NCBI GenBank assembly: GCA_013239625.1
Contig: MU056050.1
Span: 6,835,838 to 6,899,837, forward strand
Length of the DNA stretch: 64,000 nt
Source: Lama guanicoe
Taxonomy: Eukaryota
Direction: 5' to 3'
A program made the translations under genes and the position numbers. The notes under the pieces were generated by a model, which ran no database searches, was not told the origin of the DNA, and saw nothing but the letters and a program-made list of their open reading frames with translations. Shown piece after piece: positions 54,741 to 64,000 of this stretch. Every line of letters starts with the position of its first letter. Positions within the stretch are counted from its first letter, which is position 1.

Positions 54741-55094
54741 GGTTTCAAAGTACAATTCAAGAAGTTCTAATGTTAAGAAGAAAAAACACCACTCATGATT
54801 GAGTCAAACAACTTCCAAGCCTGCACAACTTCATGGTTATTAGGATTATAAAGGGACTCTTACCAGCCTTTAAAGTTCTAGAAATTAGTAAAGTATAAAC
54901 AGCGAGCTTTTAACTGTATTGAAGGAAAAACTGCAAGATGGATTCAACAGCTAGAGCTCTCAGTCTGTGTACCAAGTCATCAAGCTTCCATGTAAGAAGC
55001 AAAGTAAAGCTCCTAATAATGTGACAAAATCTACAGCTTGTATTCTAAGTTATTCATTAGAAAATAATTCCACAGGCACTTTCACAATACAAAT

Positions 55095-55100
55095 TTTATT
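55095..55100 (-). terminator. ZNF280C: Probable ZNF280C polyadenylation signal AATAAA
   Basis: tttatt on + at the end of a ~1.65-kb AT-rich 3' UTR, followed on - by TTTGTATTGTG. Confidence 0.55.
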
Positions 55101-56615
55101 AAAAAAATAATAACATCAAAACTGTTCAGCAAATCTATATTCAATGTAACCAAAATAAACAAACACCAAATTAAAAAAAATATACATCTATATATATATG
55201 GGCAAGAAACAAGTGCATTTTTTGGTCCCAATATTCTCTGAATATATTATCTTTATCCAAAGGAATTACATTAATGGCTAAGAAGATATTATGTATTAGA
55301 TGTACAGAAATGTAACTTTAAAACTTGTTTTAAGGTCTGTAGGAAGTGTTTTTTGCCAATTCTTTATGTGTCTGAACTCACAATCACTAAGATAATGTCA
55401 ATGATAGTCCCAAGATAGACAGAGGATGTAATAATGTCTAATGGTCTGAACAATTACCAAATTAGGAAGCTACCAATAGGTAGCTACATGAACTCTAGAG
55501 AATTTCAAGGAATTTTTTGGAGTTATTAACAAAACAAAACAAACACAAAACAAGTTTTAAAAAGAAACAAAAGAGGACATAACAAAACAGACATTAATAA
55601 ATTTGGTGAAGACAACATAAAACCAAAATAACAAAATTAAATTAGGTTTTAAAAAAATAAAAAAAATTGAATATTAGTATTGCTGAAAATTCCTAGGATT
55701 TAATACTGGATAAAACTTTAAATGACAGTAAAAATAACTATAATTTTGGAACTGCGACTTCAAAAACTTGTGTTCCAAGAATATGAAAGTAACCTTGGTT
55801 CCCTATGCAACCAGTTTTTATATTCCTTGGACTGCATGCATGCTAGAGGAAGATTAAAGGGCAGCAGCCAAAATGATTAAACTTCAACTTGGATGTTGAA
55901 GAATTGATTTGATGGGCTTTTCTTGGTTAGAATAGACCCATAAGCTTAAGATCAAGAACCAAAGCCCCCAGTGGGAAGTTGTGCTCAATTTGGTGGGCCT
56001 TGAGGTCATCTCTGGCCAAATTAGTATCAGTCTTATGGGAGGCCAGTCATGAAGGAAGGGACTCTCCCCAAGATCTGATTTCTTAAGGCCACAACCTACA
56101 GGAGGTCTCACAGTCAAATAATTCACATTCCTTGGAAAGAGAGAACAGGCATCAGTTGTGTCCATCGAAGGGGGACACTGACCAGGGGTACCCTGGACAT
56201 TTTTTGAAATTTCTGTGTTGCTTCTGCATCTGAAAAATATGAAAAATAGAACAATGACAGACGAGGAATGAGGAAAAAGACAGCTATCTGACCTAAAAAT
56301 GTCAGACTTATAAGAAATTAACTAAGAGACCAGACAGAACAGACAAAAAAAGATGAACAGTCACATTGTTTGGAATGCAATATTCTGAAGGCAAGGATAT
56401 CAGAGAAAAACACAGATTATTTTAAGCAAAGCAAGAGAAGACCATAGCAACAAAAGTCATTTTTGAAGAAAGCCAACTGGAGAAAAAAAGCATGTGTTAA
56501 GGTATGTTAACCTGACACAAAGATAAGGTGGAATACGAATCTAGTGCCATCTGAAAGCTGAAAAGAGCTGCATAATGAGAGCTAGTGTCATGAACTCGGC
56601 TCTTTAATCGCCTTC

Positions 56616-56697
56616 GTGTGAGAAAACACTTCAGAACTTTGAACTTAGGAAACTGCTTTTGTGTAAGAAAACACTTCAGAACTTTGAACTTAGGAAA
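56616..56697. repeat. 37-bp direct repeat, period 45, in the ZNF280C 3' UTR
   Basis: gtgt(g/a)agaaaacacttcagaactttgaacttaggaaa at 56616-56652 and 56661-56697. Confidence 0.95.
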
Positions 56698-56745
56698 TTC
56701 CAACTTGTCTTGCACCAGGTTGCACGAGCTCCATAGAGCAGGAAT

Positions 56746-56761
56746 CTATTTCAACAAGCGG
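56746..56761 (-). CDS. ZNF280C: ZNF280C terminal exon coding part (D-RLLK*)
   Basis: (TTTTTG)n TTTTTAAAG|C CGC TTG TTG AAA TAG; ends in LK* like recalled human ZNF280C. Confidence 0.75.
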
Positions 56762-56887
56762 CTTTAAAAACAAAAACAAAAACAAATACTTTAATATTTT
56801 TTCATTTCTATTAATGATACATATTTAAAAATGCAACAGTGCTAAAATCCATCAAAGAAAAATGCACTGAATGAAAATTAAACTTAC

Positions 56888-56924
56888 TCAGAAGTGGGTT
56901 CAGAAGTTGAGGTACTTTCGGGAA
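56888..56924 (-). CDS. ZNF280C: ZNF280C 37-nt penultimate coding exon (VPESTSTSEPTS)
   Basis: TTTCAG|TT ... TGA|GTAAGT; phase 1 to 2. Confidence 0.85.
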
Positions 56925-57066
56925 CTGAAATTAGAAGAAGAGTTTTACACTTAGAATATATGAGAAGCAAGCTTACCAATTTAATAAGTAAGAGCCCGTA
57001 TTGTGGCTGATCAAAAATAGTGTAATAAATATCAGAAATCCAAAGTAACACAATATATATACACAC

Positions 57067-57185
57067 CTTTCTCTATTATCACTTGGCAAGTATGAGTTTT
57101 ACGTTGACTTAAGTGTTTAGCCATACGATCCAAACCAGAAGAATCAGTTAGGAAATCACATTTAAGGCACACTAGAGTAATGCCC
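57067..57185 (-). CDS. ZNF280C: ZNF280C exon (GITLVCLKCDFLTDSSGLDRMAKHLSQRKTHTCQVIIEK)
   Basis: CCATAG|GG ... AAG|GTGTGT; 119 nt; C2H2-like motif. Confidence 0.92.
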
Positions 57186-59100
57186 CTATGGAAAAAAGAA
57201 GACAGAAAGAAAAGGCTTTTGTCTTTTATGAAACTCCATATACAAGTTCAATCATGATTTTTCCATGTAATAACTCCATTTGCTTTTTAAGTGTCACGAC
57301 CACCATTTTCCAATTTTGTTATATGAGCCTGATATATCTGAAATGGCATAGCCATATCTAAATTATGCTAACATTTAGTGTTCTAGAAACTGTTTCCTCT
57401 CACACTGGTTTCTGAAAGATATGACTGAAGAGACCTAAAGCTCAGTCGTGGCTCCACTAATTACTTGTATAGCTTGTACAAGGCATGATTGTTCCATGCC
57501 TTTGCCCATCTGCAAAGCAGGGCTATACTATTCATTCATTCAATGTATATCTGCTGAGAACCTTCTTTATATACTCTGTACTACTAGGTGTTACAAATAC
57601 AAGAGGGAACAAAATAGGGTACACTCTGTGGAGCCTACAATCTAATGTCTTATTTAAGTGATGATAAAATCAGATAAGAAATGAGAAGTCTTAAAAAATA
57701 AATCATATATAAATAAATAAAGTGATGTAATTATCATTATCAGCTTATTAACAAAGCATAAATATACTCTGGCAGTTAACTTTGAATTTAAATGCTTTAC
57801 ATTTAAATATTTCACCTGTATAGGAATAAAAACCAGTATGCTACTGGTTACAGTTGGACTGACTTCTCCCCTGCAGCTCTACTCTTAACAGCCTGTTGTG
57901 TATTTACACCTAGCTGTCACACTGGCACATCAAAAATGATCTTCATAAAACTAAAGTTGTGTGCTTTCCTCCTGACTCCTAAAAAATCACTCCTCCTGAT
58001 TGGTCTCCCTTATGATGCGATGCCTCTGACACAAAGGCCCCAAATTGTAGTTATTTCTGACCCCTTTTCCTTAAAACAGTCAATATTTCAAAAATTTTAT
58101 CATATTAACAATTTATTGAGCACTTATTCTGTATTACGCTGAGCGTTTTAGACATATCATCTAATCTATTCCTTATAACAACCCAAAGAGCTAGGTGCTG
58201 TAAGTTGAAATTTTTTAAAAATAGAGGACAGGTTCAGGTTTAGTAGCCTACCAAGGCCAGGACCAGGTCTGAAACTGAGCCCTTGATTCCAGAGCCCATG
58301 TTCTTAAACATGATGTGACACCACCTCACCACCGTTAACCTTGGTTATCTTATTAAATCAGTCCTAACTACCGCAAGAGTCTTAACTAGTCTATGTGCCT
58401 CGCACAGCTACAACTCACTTTGTATACCCCTCCAAATTGATCTTCCTTCAGTCCCCTTGATTCTAATGGAACACTAATGGTTTTCCCAATGTCCTCAAGT
58501 TATAATTAAGTCCAAATTCCCTAGCCTTTTTCAAGGATTCCATAATCTGGATCTAATCTCAAAACTATTCCCCCAGACTTTGAACTTAATACTATGTTAT
58601 ATGAACTTCATGCTCCATCCAAACTGTCTACTTGTCATTCACTGTGTATGCCATCGACTTTTTTCCTTTCTGCACTTTTATTCATGCTATTTCTTCAACC
58701 TAAAATGCCCCTGTACCTCTTCTTATAAGTAGAAACCTCTCTTTCTTTTGAAATCAGTAACTCTCACTGCACTTATTACAAATCTCCTTGTATTAATTTC
58801 TGTAGTTATTTATGTTCACACTTTATCATAATTGTACATTCCTTGAAGGTTGGTATCAAGCCTTCTTCATCACCATCATCTTTACAAGACCTGCTACATT
58901 GTGTGACACATGACAGATGCACAATACATAGCTAAGAATGAATGCTGCCTTTTAACAAAATAGTAATTACAAAATTTATTGTTCTGTAAAATTATAAATA
59001 TGCTAACTCCCATACACAGAAAATAACCAATTTTCTATTTTAATTTGAGACTCACCCAAGGTGAGAAAAAAGTGTGTCACATCTTTAAAGTTATAGAATT

Positions 59101-59240
59101 ATTTTTTTGTTTGTTTTTTGGTTTTTTTGGAGAGGGTAAGTGATTAGATTTATTTATTTATTTAATGGAGATATTGAAGATTGAACCCAGGACCTTGTGC
59201 ATACTAAGCACACACTCTACTACTGAGCTATACACTCTCC
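59101..59240 (-). mobile_element. Camelid Vic-1-like tRNA-derived SINE
   Basis: - strand GGAGAGTGTATAGCTCAGTAGTAGAGTGTGTGCTTAGTATGCACAAGGTCCTGGGTTCAATC plus A-rich tail; degenerate TSD. Confidence 0.8.
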
Positions 59241-59519
59241 TCTAAAATCACAGAATTTAAGAACCAAGCCACACAATTGAGTTTAACAGAGGTAAAAATC
59301 AAATTAAGGTCTCTATAGAATTAATAAATTCTTTTCATTCTTATAAAACTTTTCAGTAAATGTAACATCTAATACAGTTTTATTAGAATCTTTTCTAATT
59401 TCTTGAATTTAGTAGCCTTTTAAAAATAGCACTAATATATTTTTTAAATGAAACCTAACTTTCTTCTGCCTATGAGCTTTTGGTCTATCATCCACATATT
59501 CCACATATGTCATTTTCAA

Positions 59520-59900
59520 TATTAATTTACTCAGCAAATATTTATGGAATGCCTATCATGTGTCAGGCACCATTTAATGTCCAGCAAATGCCTAGCATAG
59601 CCAAATATCTGAACCACGCATATTCTAGTGAGAAGACATAGATAATAAACAAGAGGGTGAAATATAGAATATAATAGACAGTAAAAAGCTGCCATAAAGT
59701 AAAAACAAAGCAAGAAAGGGAGATAGGGAGTGCTGGGGGTGGGATCAAGGGGAAAGGATGCTATTTTAAATGGAGTGGTCAAGGAAAGAGTCACTCATCA
59801 GAATAGAGACCTAAAGGAGGTGAGGGAGCTAGCTAGCCATGCAGATATCTGGGGAAGAGCAAATGAGGCAGAAGGAATAATAAATACAAAGATACTGAGA
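59520..59900 (-). mobile_element. L2 3' fragment
   Basis: tcagcaaatatttatggaatgcctatcatgtgtcaggcac...gagacctaaaggaggtgagggagctagctagccatgcagatatctggggaagagc. Confidence 0.75.
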
Positions 59901-60560
59901 TATAGCATCCCCTCTTCCACTTTTCCACTAACCTCAAGCATCAAAACAAGTATTGGCCAAACTTAAGTCTATGTCTTAGCCTAGTGCTACAAAGATCCTG
60001 ACACTGACTATTTCAAATAGCAATGACAACATGAAAAAAAATTAAACAAATGAAGATGAAGTCAAAAGGAATCAGAAGAATGTGAAAAAATGGTCCTTAG
60101 TGGATTCTGAGCTCAATGTGTGTGGTATAACCAAAATTAATTATCAATGTCTTTAGAAATGTTCACAATTCCTCTGTAAACAGATTGTGCACTTTTATTT
60201 ATTTCAAAAATAAAAGACCCCAAGAATTATGAAGGCCACATATTGATCAAAACCAAAGTAGTGTTAGTCACTTTACTAAGTATCTTAAATGTCTTTTAGA
60301 TATTTCAATATTATTGGAGAGCCTTATTTTTAAACTTTATAATACAAATCCATGGAAGTTTCATCTTAATGCCTAACATCACTGAAACAAAGTTTAGCCT
60401 GAGAATATAGGCTATCCCCACTTTGACCTAATGATATAATGAACAGAACTGTTATGCCCAGTAGTAATCATTTCATTTTCCAAACTAGGCACTCCAGCAT
60501 CAGGTTAAAAAGCTACTACAATTTTTCAATAGAGAGATTGGAAAAAGATCAATCAGTTAC

Positions 60561-60623
60561 CTGAGAGTTCCAGAATGCTTCTTAAAAATATAAAACCGTT
60601 TAGTTGGATGGTTGCTATGAGAG
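60561..60623 (-). CDS. ZNF280C: ZNF280C exon (SHSNHPTKRFYIFKKHSGTL)
   Basis: CTACAG|CT ... CAG|GTAACT; 63 nt, phase-compatible. Confidence 0.9.
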
Positions 60624-61334
60624 CTGTAGAGACAAGAGACAAATGAGATTTTATTATACAATAAGTCATTAATTAATTTTATGATTATATTTCAAGCCTA
60701 TGCTTAGGTTCTTAGTTTTTAATAAAAGATCATGATCTAATTTATAAAATTCTATTAGAATCTCTGTTTAATTCAAGATTTTTATCTTACATTTCATTTT
60801 ATCTGTGTATTTTCTAACATTTCCCTAAGAATAATCTTAAATGATCATACCTCACCATTATACAAAAAAGATACCTCAGAGTTAAAAATGCAAAGAGCAT
60901 CAAATTAAATTTTTTCAACTATTAAGAGTTGAGAAAAATTTTAAAGGTATTTGCTAATAATGTATTTTGCTGTAATAGAAATTGTTACAAATAATAATTA
61001 TTTACGACATTCTAATCTTAATATACTTAGTGAGGGGTTGAATCTGAATGATCTTTGAAGTAAATGTTTCTTAGGCTAAAATACATTATTTACCATAAGT
61101 AAAATGAAACATTTAAAGAATCTTTTACAATTTCTAGGAGAGCTTTTAAGGAAAGCGAATCAAAGGAACCAGAGAACATGAGTTAAAACAATACCTCCTC
61201 TAAGCACAGAACAGAAAACCACTAACCAAATCTTGCAGCCAAGGCTAATAGTTTTTATACCCTCTTTTAAACTGATAAGGAAAGCTTTCCTGTACTAGAA
61301 AGCCATGTAGAATTAGCCAGGATTAGCATAGCAC

Positions 61335-61519
61335 AGTATCACTCAAAGTGTGGTCCACAGATCAGCAGCATCTACATCACCTTGGAGCTTATTAGAAATA
61401 GAAATTCTCAGCTCCCACTCCAGACCCACTGAATTAATCTCTAGCAGTGGAGCCCAGAAATCAGTGTCAACAAGGTTTTCAGATCATTCTTATGCAAGTT
61501 GAAGTTTGAGAAGCACTAG
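61335..61519 (-). mobile_element. MER5A hAT MITE
   Basis: ctcaaagtgtggtccacagatcagcagcatctacatcacc...aagtttgagaagcact. Confidence 0.85.
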
Positions 61520-62573
61520 CCCTAGTTTCCACTGACAGACCCAAACCAGACAATACAGCAAGTCAGTGGTTACCCTCAGACACAAGCATACCACATATAC
61601 ATGGGAAAAGATTCTGAATAGCTATAATCTATATCCTCAGGATAGGTGCCATGATTAATTTCAAAGAAGTGCTCTCTCAAGTAGGTAAGACAGATACATA
61701 TTTAATATGAGGCAGAACAGCTGAGTGATACAGAACTCAAAGAAATGATTGATTCCTGTGAGTGGCTATGGTGATCAGATACTTCATAGAAGGTAAATTG
61801 AGAGGGAAGGAGACAGGCATTCAAAATAGCCAAGAATAAGGAAAAGCCACTTTACATATTGCATATGGAACAAACTATATATTGAGGAAGATTAATTAAT
61901 TGGGGGGGCTTGACTTCTGGTTACAGAGTTGGTATGGGCTGAGAATAAAGGTACTCAACCTCTGAGAAAATAAAGCTTCTGTACGTACAGAGGTCAATCC
62001 TCTGACAAAAGTCCACACTGGGCAGGAGTGAGGGTATCCAGTCAAGGGAGAGGTACTTGAGACAACAAAGGAAGTAAGGTACCAATGAAGTAGGGGAAGC
62101 ACAAAGAGACCTACAAGGCCCTTAGAAGAGCAGAAGTGGAAGCTTTCAGTTCTGTATGAGGCTAATGAGCATGTGAGCACTGACGATATTCCTAGCATCT
62201 CTGACAAACATGAAGTCTCTCAAAGTGACTGCTTTGAAGTGGATATTACTCATGTGTTTACATGTATTTATTTGATAAATATTTTGGAAACATTTAAAAT
62301 TTTATGGGCAACTTCTGAAAGACTCAGAAGAATAATTTCCCTGACAAATCTATTCTAATTTCATTAGTCCAACTGTTCTTAACTTTTTTGTTCCAGTAAT
62401 TTCATGTGTTATTATGCTGGAAAACAGTACTGGGTAATATCCCATAGTTCCCTGTTGCTAGATTCTTTTAGGTCCTTGATGTGACAAACTGGCTACTAAT
62501 ATGACAACTTTGTTTTCAAAAACCAAGTATCTTGAATGGCAGTTTTTGGTTGTAGTGTACATGTTTAACTCAC

Positions 62574-62714
62574 CTCACCATATGATTTATAAAGGCTTTG
62601 TTACAGTTAGTGTTGTATTTGCAAAAATTACAGTGGATATATATTGAAAAGTGGCTTGCAAAATCTTTTATTTTGGAATGACACTCAATGCACTTGTGAA
62701 CTCCCCGACGACAC
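62574..62714 (-). CDS. ZNF280C: ZNF280C exon with zinc-finger-type motifs (CRRGVHKCIECHSKIKDFASHFSIYIHCNFCKYNTNCNKAFINHMV)
   Basis: CCATAG|GT ... GAG|GTGAGT; 141 nt; CxxC...H patterns. Confidence 0.92.
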
Positions 62715-63175
62715 CTATGGAGACAGAAAAAAATGATAAAAATACATTGTAAAACAAAGAAATAAGGTAAAGCCTCATTAATGTTTTATTAATTGAAGCC
62801 AAGGTATTTCAATTAAATCTTTAAAGAGACTTATAATTTTGAAATTTGCTTTGAAACAACAAGCTAGAATAAGTGCAAAAAAGTCACCAGTTAATGTTTC
62901 CTTGGAATAAAAAGGATCACATTAACCAATTCAACGATCACAAAATATAAGCTCAAAATGTAAGATTAGTGTAAAAGACAATTATACAATAAACACAGTA
63001 ATTCAAGTTCTATTCAGCAGTTGTAAAAAGTACCTTTTGATTATCTTCTTGGCCTTTATGCTAGATAAGTGACTATTATGTAAATGTGCAGGGGAGTTCT
63101 AGTGATATGGTAAGCTACATTAAAATAACCTTTAATATTTAATTAGCATTGTATATCAGGAATAAAACATATTAC

Positions 63176-63486
63176 CTTAAATTCTTCAAAGCTATGCTGA
63201 TTTTATTCTTTCTGTTGCGCTGTTTCTTTTGCTTGTAAGAGGCTTTTGCTTTGTATTTAGGTATAGCTCTACCTTGCTTACTTGGATTAGCCTTATTCGC
63301 AGTGGATGTAGTTGCACAAAGCTTTCCTGTCTTAGATTTACTTGCATTAGATTTTGCAGGACTTTTAGCAGTTGTACTTTTGGACTTTGGAGGTGAGACC
63401 TGAAGAAAAGAAGTGCTTGGAGTACTCCTGGGAGATGTAGTTGATGGCCTTGAATGAAGAGGTCCAATTGAAGCTCGAATAGTAAC
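63176..63486 (-). CDS. ZNF280C: ZNF280C (SUHW3) internal exon, Ser/Thr/Lys-rich (VTIRASIGPLHSRPSTTSPRSTPSTSFLQVSPPKSK...KQKKQRNRKNKISIALKNL)
   Basis: TTATAG|GTT ... AAG|GTAATA; 311 nt open frame, phase 0 to 2; peptide matches recalled ZNF280C; synteny. Confidence 0.9.
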
Positions 63487-63554
63487 CTATAAAAATGAAG
63501 GAAACGTATCATTTTAGAAAATTAATCATCATCCTAATATTTAAAAAAAATCAC

Positions 63555-64000
63555 ACATTATGCAAGTCATAACTGGTTTTTGACAAGGATGCCCAGACAA
63601 TTCAGTGAAGGAAACAACAGTTTTATAGTTTTATCAACAAATGATGCTGGGACATTTGGATATCTACATGCCAAAGGATGAATTTGGACCCCTATCTCAT
63701 ACTAGATACAAAAATTAACTCAAAACGTATCAAAGACCAGATTGTAAGAGCTAAAACTATATAAAACTCTTAGAAGAAAACATAGGAGTAAATTTTCATG
63801 ACCTTGGGTTAGGCAATGATTGCTTAAATATGATACTGAAAGCACAAGCAACCAAAGAAAGAATAAATGGACTTGATAAAAATTAAAACTTTTATGAAGA
63901 AGAATATACATATATAAGTGAATCACTATGCTGTACATCAGAAACACAATATTGCAAATCAACTGTACTTCAATAAAAAAATTAAAACTTTTGTGCCTCA
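63555..64000 (+). mobile_element. Old L1 ORF2-end fragment with a nested short younger L1 3' end (63894-63976, 16-bp TSD)
   Basis: tttgacaaggatgcc, tcaacaaatgatgctgg, aaaactcttagaagaaaacatagg; TSD aaaaattaaaactttt at 63878-63893 and 63977-63992. Confidence 0.8.

Noticed and set aside
56616..56697. Direct repeats with a spacer, superficially CRISPR-like
   Set aside because: Only two copies with an 8-bp spacer, eukaryotic context and no cas genes; an ordinary tandem duplication.
63192..63512. 106-aa ORF from the track overlapping the ZNF280C exon
   Set aside because: Different frame from the splice-phase-consistent frame that matches ZNF280C.

Overview
Mammalian genomic DNA with the conserved eutherian X-linked gene order AIFM1 - RAB33A - ZNF280C. 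Two Vic-1-like tRNA-derived SINEs point to a camelid (camel, llama or alpaca). (1) AIFM1 lies complete on the - strand (CDS 30730 to 2984). I resolved 16 coding exons by GT-AG boundaries and phase; they total 1842 nt (613 aa), and the mutually exclusive exon 2b gives a 609-aa isoform. (2) RAB33A lies complete on the + strand (2 coding exons, 237 aa), divergent from AIFM1, each gene with its own CpG-rich promoter. (3) The last six coding exons and 3' UTR of ZNF280C lie on the - strand, convergent with RAB33A. The rest is intronic or intergenic, with L1, L2, MIR, MLT1 and hAT/Tigger MITE relics. Almost all short ORFs in the supplied track are incidental. I found no convincing new biological system. 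The best leads are: an unexplained strong acceptor opening an in-frame 114-codon alternative ZNF280C C-terminus; an 82-codon open frame just past the ZNF280C stop; a retroposed 3'-UTR fragment (tentatively PAFAH1B1/LIS1) antisense in AIFM1 intron 13; a candidate poison exon 9b in AIFM1; a polyadenylated LTR fragment inserted by L1-type retroposition; and two hAT MITEs sharing one target site. Gene and repeat family names come from recalled sequences, not database searches.
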